Source: Bacteroidetes bacterium 47-18 (lineage in GTDB: Bacteria; Bacteroidota; Bacteroidia; Chitinophagales; Chitinophagaceae). Taken from it: a stretch of 64,000 bases of DNA. The notes under the pieces are model-generated. The model was given only the letters and a program-made list of their open reading frames with translations, had not been told where the DNA came from and searched no databases. Shown here piece after piece: positions 47,630 through 58,327 of the stretch. Both the position numbers and the translations under genes were made by a program. Each line of letters begins with the position of its first letter. Position 1 is the stretch's first letter. The DNA lies in assembly GCA_001897155.1 (NCBI GenBank), contig MKSF01000006.1, positions 94,696 to 158,695 of the forward strand. Reading direction: 5' to 3'.

Positions 47630-48664
47630 ATGTCAGCACCAAGAACAGATATCAGCACCTTAGGAGAATTCGGACTCATACAGCACCTGACCCGGAATAA
47701 CGAGATCAGGCAGGCCAGCACCCTTCTGACGGTGGGCGATGACGGCGCTGTTATCGACCACCTGGGCAAGCAGACCGTGATCTCGTCTGATATGCTGATA
47801 GAAGGCATACATTTCGACCTCAGCTATACGCCGCTGAAGCACCTGGGCTATAAATCCGTAGCGGTCAACGTATCGGATATCTGTGCCATGAACGCGACAC
47901 CCACCCATATTTTACTGAATATTGCCGTTTCCAACCGCTTTTCGGTGGAAGCGCTGGAAGAGTTTTATGAAGGCGTCTATTTCGCCTGCGAAAAGTATAA
48001 TGTAGATCTTATCGGCGGAGATACAACCAGCTCTCCCAAAGGCTTCAACATCAGCGTCACAGCCATCGGTGAAGTCCTGGAAGGCCGGTATGTGACCCGG
48101 AAGGGCGCCAGGCCTAACGACCTCATCTGCGTAACAGGCGACCTGGGTGCCGCCTTTATGGGACTGACCCTGCTGGAGCGGGAGAAAAAGATATTCCTGG
48201 AACATCCCGATGTACAGCCCGACCTGGACAACAGGACCCACTGCATCGGCAAGATACTGAAGCCGGAAGCCCGCCTGGATATTATAGAATGGCTGGAAGA
48301 AAAAGGCATCGCCCCCACCTCAATGATCGACATCAGCGACGGCTTAAGCTCCGAGCTGTTCCACATCTGCACACAGAGCGAAGTGGGCTGCGAGATCTTC
48401 GAAGATAAGATACCTTTCCACGAAGAGATGCGCGAAGTGGCGTTCCAGTTCGAGATAGACCCTACAGCCTGCGCCCTGAGCGGCGGGGAGGATTACGAGC
48501 TGCTTTTTACCGTACCGCAGGAAGCCTATGAGCACATCAAATTTTCCGAGCAGATCAGCGTTGTCGGCTATATAACCGACCAGCCGGGACAACTGCACAT
48601 CACTACCAGGAAAGGCAATAAGCATCCCCTGGAAGCACAGGGATGGCAGGCATTTAAAAAATAG
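47630..48664 (+). CDS. thiL: Thiamine-monophosphate kinase (AIR-synthase-related fold)
   Basis: LGEFGLIQHLT...DDGAVIDHLGKQTVISSDMLIEGIHF. 344 aa. Confidence 0.8.
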   Translation: MSAPRTDISTLGEFGLIQHLTRNNEIRQASTLLTVGDDGAVIDHLGKQTVISSDMLIEGIHFDLSYTPLKHLGYKSVAVNVSDICAMNATPTHILLNIAVSNRFSVEALEEFYEGVYFACEKYNVDLIGGDTTSSPKGFNISVTAIGEVLEGRYVTRKGARPNDLICVTGDLGAAFMGLTLLEREKKIFLEHPDVQPDLDNRTHCIGKILKPEARLDIIEWLEEKGIAPTSMIDISDGLSSELFHICTQSEVGCEIFEDKIPFHEEMREVAFQFEIDPTACALSGGEDYELLFTVPQEAYEHIKFSEQISVVGYITDQPGQLHITTRKGNKHPLEAQGWQAFKK

Positions 48665-48696
48665 CACTATTTTCTGTACGGCAATACAAGATTTCT

Positions 48697-49590
48697 ATGG
48701 AAATATACAACCCTAAGGATTGGTTCAAGGCCATTCTGAACATCAATAAATCCGATACGCTCCGGCAATTATGGCCCATTATGCTGGGTGTCGGCATCTT
48801 CTGCCTGGGTATCGCCTACTGGGAGATCAATTACCTGCAGCTGCACCTGCAGTCGAATTCCTGGGTGAAGAATATCCCGGTCATGCACAACCTGCTGGGA
48901 TTTGCGATCTCCATGCTCCTGGTATTCAGGACCAATACCGCTTATGACCGCTGGTGGGAAGGCCGTAAGCAATGGGGCGAGCTGGTGAACGCCAGCCGGA
49001 ACCTGGCCATGAAGCTGCATGCCTTTTTACCGGAGGACAACCGTCACAGCAGGAGCTTTTTCCGGAAGACCATCCCGCTGTATGCCAAGATACTGAAGTA
49101 CCACCTCAGGGCAGACAGCACCCGGCTGATGCTGGATGCCGGGATGGACGGCCTGCTGGCCCGGCCCGGCGATATTGCCAAGCACCAGCCGAACCAGCTG
49201 GCCCGCCTGATGGTGCTCCACATCAGCCAGCTTCATAAAGAAGGCAAAATATCCGCAGAGCAGTGGCTCATACTGAATAATGAATTGACCGCCTTTACCA
49301 ATATCTGCGGCGCCTGCGAACGCATCAAGAACACGCCTATCCCCTATTCCTACAGCAGCTTTATCAAAAAGTTCATTGTCATCTATGTGCTCACGCTGCC
49401 TTTCGGCTATGTGTTCAGCCTGGGATATTATGTGGCGCTTATCGTGGTATTCGTATTTTATGTGCTGATGAGCCTTGAGATCATCGCGGAAGAGATCGAG
49501 GACCCCTTCGGTACGGATGCCAACGACCTGCCTATGGAGAAAATGGCAGAGAACATCAGGAATCATATCGAAGAGATACTGGAGGCGTAG
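48697..49590 (+). CDS. Bestrophin/UPF0187 (YneE-like) family membrane protein
   Basis: N-terminal ILNINKSDTLRQLWPIMLGV... Four TM segments. ~300 aa length typical of the family. Confidence 0.65.
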   Translation: MEIYNPKDWFKAILNINKSDTLRQLWPIMLGVGIFCLGIAYWEINYLQLHLQSNSWVKNIPVMHNLLGFAISMLLVFRTNTAYDRWWEGRKQWGELVNASRNLAMKLHAFLPEDNRHSRSFFRKTIPLYAKILKYHLRADSTRLMLDAGMDGLLARPGDIAKHQPNQLARLMVLHISQLHKEGKISAEQWLILNNELTAFTNICGACERIKNTPIPYSYSSFIKKFIVIYVLTLPFGYVFSLGYYVALIVVFVFYVLMSLEIIAEEIEDPFGTDANDLPMEKMAENIRNHIEEILEA

Positions 49591-49654
49591 CAGGTCCTCC
49601 ATTACGGGAACAATAGAAGAAATCCTTATCCACACTTATATGGCCGCTTCCAAC

Positions 49655-50989
49655 TTAGCGGAAACCGATATTACTGTAGTGGCGGTAAATGGTCTTTAAA
49701 GCATTCTGGTGCCTGGGAAGCAGTTCTATTTTGCCCGATACCGCGATCTGGTCATTACCTGTATAAGCCCCCGACAGGTCGATATTGCTCAGGATATCAA
49801 TATAGCCGGAGTAGTTATTGAACGGCGGGAAGTTTTTAAGCTGGGAGACATTCGTGTACCACTGGAAAGCACAGGACGATTCGCGCGACTGCTCAAATTC
49901 ATTCCTGAACCTGTCCGCATTGCTCATTACATTATAAGCGCCGTAATTCCTGTAATACAGGGGAAACAAGGGAAAGTAGGTCCTGGATACCAGGCTGGTG
50001 CTGCCATCGGCAAAATAGCGGAGGTCGCCGTTGGTGCAGAAGCCTGCAATGACCCGGGGCGTTTCATGCTCCACGATCAATTCCTTTGTTATTTTGGTAA
50101 AGTTATCATCATACTCGTAAGACACGCTTGTTTCTTTGTATTTCACAAGGGTGGTATCAAACTGCAGGCAGAAATTGGTATTCCCCGGCGGGATGAGCAC
50201 CTGCATGAACGAATCCACGGCAGGTACGAATTTCACAAACGAGTTCAGCCCGAGGTCCGTCTGCGTATGGATGCAGGAATACCATAAAGCGTGCTCCTTG
50301 ACGCTGTTCTTATGAAGATGCAGCGGCGCTTCCGGGTGCCTGGCCCAGCTCAGCAATCCTTCTATTTCAACTTCATCCTCTTTAAAGTCCAGGAAGAAAT
50401 TATCAATATGGTTCGTGGCGGCCACGATACCTTTGCCCAGCAGCTCTTCATAATAGGAGGTCCGCCTGTAGGGAGTGGTATTGGTGCCCGCGGCTATTTC
50501 CCAGAACTGCCGTATAGCGGAGGGACTGTTCAGGTTCCAGGCGATGAATACGTGGGTCCTGTTATAGGTGATGTAAAAATTGGATTCCGTATTTTTATAG
50601 ATATGCTCAAATGTGTCTACCGGCACCCAGGTATTCTGGTGCTTCAGGTTGCTCATCAGCACCTTTTCGTCATGCAGGATGGCTGCCGTAAAGAAGGATG
50701 TAGGATGCTCTTTGGTATTATAGACATATACCAGCAGGGGGATGGTCATACCCCTTACCACCCGGAACTGGGTAGAATCCGTAAGCCCCCTGTCCCCGCC
50801 GCCGAACAGCAGGTCGCCCAGCAGCTCCTTGCCTATCTCCACGCCGTCGATCTTTATGACCCAGTTGGCATCGTTATGGATAGGTACGCTGTTGGCCTTA
50901 TTGATACTGATCCGGTAGTATATCACAAAACACAATAGCAGCAACGATACGATTGCTGCCACTGCTATAAATATGCGTTTAAAGTTCAT
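49655..50989 (-). CDS. Hypothetical membrane-anchored protein
   Basis: Single N-terminal TM anchor (IFIAVAAIVSLLLLCFVIYY). 444 aa. No recognisable domain. Confidence 0.45.
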   Translation of the reverse strand: MNFKRIFIAVAAIVSLLLLCFVIYYRISINKANSVPIHNDANWVIKIDGVEIGKELLGDLLFGGGDRGLTDSTQFRVVRGMTIPLLVYVYNTKEHPTSFFTAAILHDEKVLMSNLKHQNTWVPVDTFEHIYKNTESNFYITYNRTHVFIAWNLNSPSAIRQFWEIAAGTNTTPYRRTSYYEELLGKGIVAATNHIDNFFLDFKEDEVEIEGLLSWARHPEAPLHLHKNSVKEHALWYSCIHTQTDLGLNSFVKFVPAVDSFMQVLIPPGNTNFCLQFDTTLVKYKETSVSYEYDDNFTKITKELIVEHETPRVIAGFCTNGDLRYFADGSTSLVSRTYFPLFPLYYRNYGAYNVMSNADRFRNEFEQSRESSCAFQWYTNVSQLKNFPPFNNYSGYIDILSNIDLSGAYTGNDQIAVSGKIELLPRHQNALKTIYRHYSNIGFR

Positions 50990-52965
50990 TATCTGGTCAG
51001 GTCTAAGATATTGTCAATAGTATTCAGTATATAGTCCATTCCGTTATCGGTAGCCGACGGGGTGTATGCCGTGATCTTACCTTTGCTTCTCTTACCGCAT
51101 TTCAGCTTGGGGTGCGTCCATTCAAAATCTCCCAGGCTGCCAAGCGTATTATTGATCCTGATGCTGCGGGTCAGCTCATCGGTTTTTACCAGGTTCTGCA
51201 GCTTCTGGGGATGCGCGAAGCCGTAGACCGTATTTTTCCTGAATTGCTTACGGAGGCCGCAGGTCGTCCTGTTTTTATAATGGCCGAACGCGATGGCTTC
51301 CATTTCCCTGATGCTGGTACCGAGGAATACGATCCCGTCCTTTACCAGCAAATGCAGGCTGTAGGGGCTGTTGTCGCTTATCTTGAAGGTGTATATGCCA
51401 TTCTTCTTGCTGACAGCTTCCGTCTGCAGGGCATATTCCAGCAGTTTACGATGGATCGCCGGGTTTTCCGTGGAATACATGAACAGGAAATCGGGCAGGT
51501 TATCTTCTTTTTCTTTTTTGGTTTCCTTATAGGTGAAATCCCCGTCTTCGTCCTCTTCGTAGTCATAGGAGGTATAGGTATATTTATAAGGAGTAATGCC
51601 GGTCACAAGGAACAGGCCGTCACCCTTGTACGCCTTCCCGATGGCCTTTTCATCCAGCAGCAGCTCCATCACGTCCACCAGTATTTTCTGGCTTTCTCCT
51701 ATAAAGGTCTTGCCGGACACCATCCGCTTCAGCATATCATAGGAATAGTGCATATAATTTTCCGTGTTAAAGGCATAGCTGAACCCGGCAATATTCCTGT
51801 CCATATTGACATATTTCAGGAGCTTTTTATTGAGCTTGCGTTGCTCGATCTTCCTGTACTGCCTGGCCTGCTGACGGGTCATGCCTACTTCATAATGTAG
51901 CACCACCTTACCGCGGTCGATCTCCAGGTTCATATTATAATATTCGTAGGGGCTGATGCCGGAAAGCGATCCGAAAGCATTGAAATAGCCATAGGTATAA
52001 TCACGCTTCAGCAGCTGGTGAATATTCTTGACATACACATTGGCATACCTGTTACTCCTGGATGTTTTACGGAAGTTCTTATCATCCAGTATGGAAGACC
52101 TGTTACGGGACAGTTCCTCAATATACTGCAATGTCAGCAGGTCCGCAATGGAATCCCTGATCTGCTGCTGCCGGCCATAGGCGCTGTCATAGGACGCCAT
52201 AGCAGCCTTATATTCCGGGCTGGAGCTGGTACTGTTCCAGTCTAAGGCCGCCGGGGGAGGCATCACCATGGTATCCGCGTCATCATCTTCATCGCTGTCT
52301 TCCCATTCGTCGTCATCTGCATCGTCTGCTGCCGTTACTGCCTCGGTAGTATAGGTTGTCACCGTAGTATCCACCGCTACCATAACGGTTTCCTCATCCT
52401 CCTCATCATGATCTTCCTGATAGTCATAGAAATCGTAAAAATTGACGTTCTTAAGGCCATAAGGATTATTTTTCCGGGAATAGTAATAATAGGTGTGCAG
52501 ATCGCCCTTGATAATATACAGGATGCTGGTATTCCACACATACATATGCTCGCCGAATTTCACACACCTGAAATTACCGGCATCCTTCATAGCCACTGTC
52601 TCCAGTGCGGCCATTTTCTCCGTAAATGTATGTACATCCTTCAATTCATACATCTGCACCGTATAGGCGATGCTGTCGGTATATTTATAATAATAGTAAG
52701 ACCTGGCATCGGAGTTGATACCCAGGGTTTCCAGCCTGAACTCATCCGCGTCATCCGTAAAATTGTTTACGAATTCCTCAATAAAAGGCTTGGTAAGGAA
52801 ATGGGTCTGCAGCGCGGGGTCCTTAATATATTTATGGACTTCCCTGCCGTCTATTTCGGCCAGCAACTGGATATCGTTCGGGATATACCTTCTCATATCC
52901 TGTGCAAAAGTACCGCCGGCATATCCTAAGGCCAGGGAAGCGATCAGTAAAACTCTTTTCTTCAT
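50989..52965 (-). CDS. Hypothetical secreted protein with a polyacidic tract
   Basis: Signal peptide. DHDEEDEETV...DDADDDEWEDSDEDDDAD tract. 658 aa. Start overlaps the upstream gene's stop. Confidence 0.45.
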   Translation of the reverse strand: MKKRVLLIASLALGYAGGTFAQDMRRYIPNDIQLLAEIDGREVHKYIKDPALQTHFLTKPFIEEFVNNFTDDADEFRLETLGINSDARSYYYYKYTDSIAYTVQMYELKDVHTFTEKMAALETVAMKDAGNFRCVKFGEHMYVWNTSILYIIKGDLHTYYYYSRKNNPYGLKNVNFYDFYDYQEDHDEEDEETVMVAVDTTVTTYTTEAVTAADDADDDEWEDSDEDDDADTMVMPPPAALDWNSTSSSPEYKAAMASYDSAYGRQQQIRDSIADLLTLQYIEELSRNRSSILDDKNFRKTSRSNRYANVYVKNIHQLLKRDYTYGYFNAFGSLSGISPYEYYNMNLEIDRGKVVLHYEVGMTRQQARQYRKIEQRKLNKKLLKYVNMDRNIAGFSYAFNTENYMHYSYDMLKRMVSGKTFIGESQKILVDVMELLLDEKAIGKAYKGDGLFLVTGITPYKYTYTSYDYEEDEDGDFTYKETKKEKEDNLPDFLFMYSTENPAIHRKLLEYALQTEAVSKKNGIYTFKISDNSPYSLHLLVKDGIVFLGTSIREMEAIAFGHYKNRTTCGLRKQFRKNTVYGFAHPQKLQNLVKTDELTRSIRINNTLGSLGDFEWTHPKLKCGKRSKGKITAYTPSATDNGMDYILNTIDNILDLTR

Positions 52966-52969
52966 TGTC

Positions 52970-53644
52970 TTATTTTTCTAAAGTGATGCTTTGATTGATT
53001 CTGGTAGTGTTGGTGATCACATTATGCATACTGGTCTGCTGCATCACCGCCTTTTTGTTATTGGATACTCTTGCAAGGGTATTACCGGATTCCCTGACCT
53101 CACTGCTGAACTTAAAGACCGAGGTGAACCTGGCCTTCTGGAAGATCTCCCTGTCCTCTTTCTTCAGCCTGTTATACTGTGCCAGTGTTTTGGGCAATGT
53201 ATTGAAGGTACGGGTAAAAAGCCTGTGCGTGGCATTATACTGGTAATAGGGCACTGAGTAATCCTTCACCTTATACGCGTCCATGATCACGCTCATAGCC
53301 GCATTGATCTGGTCCACGCTTTTAAAGCTGAATTTAACGGTACCGATAAACTCATTGTAATCAAAGCTGACCTGGGCATTGGTAAGTCCCTGGATATTGC
53401 CCAGCCTTTGCCTGATATTGCTCATCTGCTGGTTGATCTCCGCCTTTGTGGGTACCTTATAACCCTGGACACTGTCCAGCGACATGACGGAATGCAGCTT
53501 CACCTTGCTCTCGCTCATATTGACAATGAAAGTAAACTGCCCGGAGCCGTTCTCCTGCAGTTGTATCTCCTCCACTATCTCAAAGCAGGAAGAGCATACG
53601 GTAGCTATTATCAGCAGCAACCATCCCAATATATGATGCTTCAT
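52970..53644 (-). CDS. Hypothetical lipoprotein
   Basis: Signal peptide plus Cys (IIATVCSSC). 224 aa. Confidence 0.45.
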   Translation of the reverse strand: MKHHILGWLLLIIATVCSSCFEIVEEIQLQENGSGQFTFIVNMSESKVKLHSVMSLDSVQGYKVPTKAEINQQMSNIRQRLGNIQGLTNAQVSFDYNEFIGTVKFSFKSVDQINAAMSVIMDAYKVKDYSVPYYQYNATHRLFTRTFNTLPKTLAQYNRLKKEDREIFQKARFTSVFKFSSEVRESGNTLARVSNNKKAVMQQTSMHNVITNTTRINQSITLEK

Positions 53645-53750
53645 ATTGCCTTTTATAGCAAATGTATTGAAAAGTAATAAAATATAAAAGGCACAGCATC
53701 ACCTATCTTCAAATTTCATCCGGGTGCTGCATGCCATCTCAGGTCATACC

Positions 53751-55238
53751 TTAAAAGAACAGCCTGTAGGCTTCTTCCAGCTTGCCCGCTTCCAGCAGCT
53801 TTATATCATTCCTTACCTGGCCTTTGATAGAATGCTTTGGTACAACCGCGAACTCCATGCCCATCTTTACCGCTTCCTGCAAACGCTGCTCTATCTTGTT
53901 TACGCCGCGGATCTCGCCGCTCAGCCCTACTTCACCTATAAAGCAATAGTTTTGGGGCAACATGACATCCTCGTAGGACGACAGCAATGCCATAGTAATG
54001 GCCAGGTCAATACCGGGATTATCTATTTTAAGCCCGCCCGCTATATTCAGGAAGACGTCCTTCACCCCGAAGTGGAAGCCGCCTCTCTTTTCCAGCACCG
54101 CCAGCAGCAGCTGCAGCCTTTTAAGGTCAAAACCATTGGCCGTGCGCTGGGGCGTGCCATATACGGAGGGAGATACCAGGGCCTGCACTTCTATCATCAG
54201 GGCACGGTTACCTTCCAGCGTAGTGGCGTATGCCACACCGCTCTGCATATCCTCATGCCGGCTGATCAGCAGCTCGGAAGCGTTCGCGACGCCCCTCATG
54301 CCACTGGCGGTCATTTCGTATATCCCGATCTCCGATGTGGAGCCAAACCTGTTCTTATGCGTTCTCAGGATACGGTAATTGAAATTACGGTCGCCCTCGA
54401 ACTGCAGAACGGTATCTACCACATGCTCCAGGATTTTAGGCCCGGCAATGCTGCCATCCTTGGTGATATGGCCGATAATGGTGACGGGGATATGCGTCTG
54501 CTTGGCAAGATATTGAAAAGCGGCCGCGCATTCCCTTACCTGCGCCACGCTTCCCGCTGCAGATTCCAGCAGCTCCGACTGCAGCGTCTGGATAGAGTCC
54601 ACGATGATCCAGCGGGGCGCTATCTGCTTAATGGCCTGGAAAGCCGCTTCCATACGGGTCTCGTTCAGGATATATACTTCCCGGTTGTCAAAGCCGATCC
54701 GGTCAGCCCGCATTTTGATCTGGTGGGCCGATTCCTCACCCGAAATATACAATACCTTTCCCAGGTTGCTCTTCAGGGCGCATTGCAGGAAGAGTGTCGA
54801 CTTGCCGATACCCGGCTCCCCTGCCACCAGCGTAACGGAGCCGGGTACGATACCGCCGCCCAGCACCCTGTTCAGCTCTTCGTCAGATGTAAGGATACGG
54901 GGCAGCTGCTCCGCCTGCACATCGATCAGCAGTTGCGGCGTCACTGTACCGGCTGCCGGCAGGTGCTGCATCCAGCCGGGTCCCTGCGCCGCCGCAGCGC
55001 TTTTGCTCACTTTTTCTTCCACCATGGTATTCCAGGCACCGCAGGCGCTGCATTGCCCTGACCATTTAGGGCTTTCATTACCGCACTGCTGGCAATAGTA
55101 GACCGTCTTTATTTTATTTGTCTTGATAGGAAATAGTTTTAAACAACAATGAAATGCTTTATGTAATGACCTGCCTTCAGGGGCTGTCACCCTTGTCCGG
55201 GACACAACGGGAATGCACCGGGGCTCTCCCCGGTGCAA
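53751..55238 (-). CDS. radA: DNA repair protein RadA/Sms (start codon uncertain)
   Basis: Zn-finger YYCQQCGNESPKWSGQCSACGAWNT. RecA-like P-loop GEPGIGKSTL. KNRFG motif. C-terminal Lon-like domain. The ORF start at 55238 is a TTG. In-frame GTGs at 55205 and 55190 are alternatives. Confidence 0.75.
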   Translation of the reverse strand: MHRGEPRCIPVVSRTRVTAPEGRSLHKAFHCCLKLFPIKTNKIKTVYYCQQCGNESPKWSGQCSACGAWNTMVEEKVSKSAAAAQGPGWMQHLPAAGTVTPQLLIDVQAEQLPRILTSDEELNRVLGGGIVPGSVTLVAGEPGIGKSTLFLQCALKSNLGKVLYISGEESAHQIKMRADRIGFDNREVYILNETRMEAAFQAIKQIAPRWIIVDSIQTLQSELLESAAGSVAQVRECAAAFQYLAKQTHIPVTIIGHITKDGSIAGPKILEHVVDTVLQFEGDRNFNYRILRTHKNRFGSTSEIGIYEMTASGMRGVANASELLISRHEDMQSGVAYATTLEGNRALMIEVQALVSPSVYGTPQRTANGFDLKRLQLLLAVLEKRGGFHFGVKDVFLNIAGGLKIDNPGIDLAITMALLSSYEDVMLPQNYCFIGEVGLSGEIRGVNKIEQRLQEAVKMGMEFAVVPKHSIKGQVRNDIKLLEAGKLEEAYRLFF

Positions 55239-55246
55239 AATAAAAA

Positions 55247-55287
55247 AAAACCACCACTTTTCAGCGGTGGCTTTTTTAACTAACCCT
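55247..55287. terminator. Bidirectional rho-independent terminator downstream of rho (A9-CCACC-loop-GGTGG-T6)
   Basis: Hairpin flanked by an A-run and a T-run. Confidence 0.6.
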
Positions 55288-55395
55288 TTAAAAATTCACA
55301 ATTATGATATTGCAAATGTAATATATAAATTCTGTAAATTCAAAATAATCTTTAAAAATTTAATATTAAATCAATACGGGCACCGGGTACGGATA

Positions 55396-57081
55396 TTATT
55401 TATTCATGGTCGCGAGCAGTTCCGCATTATTTTTGGTGGATTTGATATGCTTCAGTAAAAAGCGCATCGCCTCATCCGCATTCATATCTGCAATAAAGTT
55501 TCTCAGCATCCACAGGCGGGTCATGGTCTCCTTGTCGTGCAGCAGGTCATCACGGCGCGTGGACGAGTTGACAATGTCAATGGCCGGGAACACGCGCTTG
55601 TTGGCCAGCTTCCTGTCCAGCTGCAATTCCATATTACCGGTTCCCTTGAATTCTTCAAAGATCACCTCATCCATTTTGGACCCTGTATCTATCAGGGCCG
55701 TGGCCAGTATGGTCAGCGAACCGCCGTTTTCGATCTTACGGGCGGCACCGAAGAATTGCTTGGGCTTTTGCATGGCATTGGCCTCCACACCACCGCTCAG
55801 CACCTTTCCGGAAGCGGGAGCTACCGTATTGTGCGCACGGGCAAGACGGGTGATGGAGTCCAGCAGAATCACTACATCATGGCCCACTTCCACCAGGCGC
55901 TTGGCTTTCTGCAGGGCAATATTGGATACCCTGACGTGCTTTTCCGCCGGCTCATCAAAAGTAGAGGCAATGACTTCCGCGTTAACGCTGCGCTGCATAT
56001 CCGTCACCTCTTCCGGGCGCTCATCTATCAGCACGATCATCAGGTAACATTCGGGGTGGTTGGCGGCAATGGCGTTAGCTACTTCTTTCAGCAGCATGGT
56101 CTTACCGGTCTTGGGCTGTGCCACGATAAGGCCCCTCTGCCCTTTACCGATAGGTGCCACCATATCTATGATACGGGCACTGATGCTTCCCGTATTTCCT
56201 ACGATATTCAATCTTTCATTAGGGAATAAAGGTGTCAGGTAGTCAAAAGGCACCCTGTCACGGATATCTTCGGGGCTGCGCCCGTTAATGCTCTCCACTT
56301 TCAGGAGGGCAAAATATTTCTCTCCTTCCTTGGGCGGCCTTACCGTACCTTTCACAGTATCACCGGTCTTCAGACCGAATAATTTGATCTGGGACGGAGA
56401 TACGTACACATCATCCGGGGAGCTTAAGTAATTATAATCGGAGCTTCTTAAAAAGCCGTAACCGTCCTGCATCATTTCCAGCACACCTTCACTGAAGATG
56501 ATGCCTTCAAATTCGATATTGAACGCGGGTCTGTTGTGCTTATGCTGCTGCGGGTTCGCATTTTTCGCGGGAGCCACGGGGGCCGGCGTTTCCGGGGCAG
56601 CATTATCCTGCTGAACCGGGATTTCCGGCAGTACCGCTTCAGGAGCGGGAACCGTACCGGCTTCTTTTTCACCTTCGGCCTCATCAGCTTCGGGTATATC
56701 AAACAGCAATGCTTTCTCCGCTTCGGCAGTGTCTTTAGCGGCGGCCTTGGGCTTTCTTGCTTTTTTCAGGGGCTTTTTGGGCGCTTCCGCCGCCGGGGCA
56801 GCAGCGGCTTCCGTTCCGGTATCGCTTTTTTCTTCCGGTGCCGGCTGTACTGTGTCCGGTACAGGGCTGTCTTCCTTATTTTCAGCGGTATCAGCAGCTT
56901 TGGGCACTCTTGCTCTTTTCTTTCTTGCAGCGGTTTTGGCGGGAACGGTCTTCTGTGCTTCCAGTATTGCTGAAATCAGCGCTTCCCTGGTTAAATTGTC
57001 CGGACTGACGCCATTTTGTACAGCTTCGTCACGAAGCTCAAAAAGCATCATATCCTGTAGTTGCTCTGCAGTCTTGGCCAT
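55396..57081 (-). CDS. rho: Transcription termination factor Rho, Bacteroidetes-type, with a ~150-aa disordered A/P/E/K-rich N-terminal insertion
   Basis: Rho N-terminal domain ([25 protein letters not shown]). OB-fold. RecA-type ATPase ([14 protein letters not shown]). 561 aa versus 419 aa in E. coli. Confidence 0.85.
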   Translation of the reverse strand: MAKTAEQLQDMMLFELRDEAVQNGVSPDNLTREALISAILEAQKTVPAKTAARKKRARVPKAADTAENKEDSPVPDTVQPAPEEKSDTGTEAAAAPAAEAPKKPLKKARKPKAAAKDTAEAEKALLFDIPEADEAEGEKEAGTVPAPEAVLPEIPVQQDNAAPETPAPVAPAKNANPQQHKHNRPAFNIEFEGIIFSEGVLEMMQDGYGFLRSSDYNYLSSPDDVYVSPSQIKLFGLKTGDTVKGTVRPPKEGEKYFALLKVESINGRSPEDIRDRVPFDYLTPLFPNERLNIVGNTGSISARIIDMVAPIGKGQRGLIVAQPKTGKTMLLKEVANAIAANHPECYLMIVLIDERPEEVTDMQRSVNAEVIASTFDEPAEKHVRVSNIALQKAKRLVEVGHDVVILLDSITRLARAHNTVAPASGKVLSGGVEANAMQKPKQFFGAARKIENGGSLTILATALIDTGSKMDEVIFEEFKGTGNMELQLDRKLANKRVFPAIDIVNSSTRRDDLLHDKETMTRLWMLRNFIADMNADEAMRFLLKHIKSTKNNAELLATMNK

Positions 57082-57223
57082 TGATTATGGTTAAATTAAA
57101 ATGATCGGTTTTGATATTTTCTGAAGGAATACATTCCGGAAGCTTGTTGCTGCGAGGGATGATAAAAATATATTCCAAGGCACAAAATTGAGGGATAACA
57201 GCGGAAATACAAAATTTAATTTA

Positions 57224-58303
57224 TCATTTAAAAAACCACTCATAGGGTCTTAATACTTTTTTAACCTTTTTGCCGGGGGCGAACCGATAAATAAAGTTCA
57301 CCCTGTAATTACCTACGCTGCCGGAGGTGTACTGCCCGATATAGGAGCGGTTGAGATGCGTATGGTGCACATAATAGAAGGCCACGCCCCAACTGTCACT
57401 GTTATAGCCGGCAGCCAGCCTGCCTATGGCAGAGGGGGCGATATCAGCATGAGTGCCCGTCAGGTAAGGACCGGGTTCCGGGTTAGGGCTTCCCATACCT
57501 TTATTTTCCTGGTAGAGGCTCAGCGTTGCCGCCATATTCACCGCCGCACCCAGGTACCATCTCTTCAGGAAGATCCAGTTATAGCCGTAGCCGATGTGGG
57601 GGCCGATATTCCAGGTATTGATACGACCGACCTCGCTGTATCTCGACAGCCCGGCTATACCGGGATGAGCTATCCCCTCGTCATCCTTTTTTACCAGGGA
57701 GTAGAGTACGGTCATACCGTACAGCAATGACCCGGAGCTTCTTTTCTGAAATTCATCCTGGGTGGCCCCAAACCGGAAAGAATACCTTTTCCAGTTATGG
57801 ATATGGGTATATATGCCGCCAAAGGCCCTGACCTTTATGGCTTCATCATTATAATAGCCTTCATAGCCGGGCAGCTTTCCCTGCCCGATATAATATCCCT
57901 GGTAGCGCTGCAAAAAGACATCTATGGTATTCCTCCTGCCGTACATATGCATCTGGCAGTCCAGCCAGGAGGATTTACCCCGCTGCGAGCTGTTCCCGTT
58001 AATGCCGGGCAGGCCAAAGCCAAGATTAATGGAAAAGCCCCTGTAGGTCCACCCTACGCCCTGGTTAAAGGTATTGTTGGGCCGGAAGAGCATAAAATTG
58101 CCATCGTCCGTAGGCAGGGTGAAGACCGTATATTTCTGGGACACGTACACCCGGGTGGTCAGCCGGTACCTGTAGGAGCTTATGTAGTTGGTATCATACA
58201 CGACCGGTGCCGGTTCCGGCAGCTCCACTTCTACCTGCGCATAGCCGGCCTGCAGCCAGCCGCAGCAGATCATACCCGCACAAAAAGCGATCTTCCTTAT
58301 CAT
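57224..58303 (-). CDS. Hypothetical outer-membrane protein
   Basis: Signal peptide. Beta-rich aromatic-alternating sequence. C-terminal ...YEWFFK. Confidence 0.45.
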   Translation of the reverse strand: MIRKIAFCAGMICCGWLQAGYAQVEVELPEPAPVVYDTNYISSYRYRLTTRVYVSQKYTVFTLPTDDGNFMLFRPNNTFNQGVGWTYRGFSINLGFGLPGINGNSSQRGKSSWLDCQMHMYGRRNTIDVFLQRYQGYYIGQGKLPGYEGYYNDEAIKVRAFGGIYTHIHNWKRYSFRFGATQDEFQKRSSGSLLYGMTVLYSLVKKDDEGIAHPGIAGLSRYSEVGRINTWNIGPHIGYGYNWIFLKRWYLGAAVNMAATLSLYQENKGMGSPNPEPGPYLTGTHADIAPSAIGRLAAGYNSDSWGVAFYYVHHTHLNRSYIGQYTSGSVGNYRVNFIYRFAPGKKVKKVLRPYEWFFK

Positions 58304-58327
58304 AACGGGGACTATAACACCAACGTG

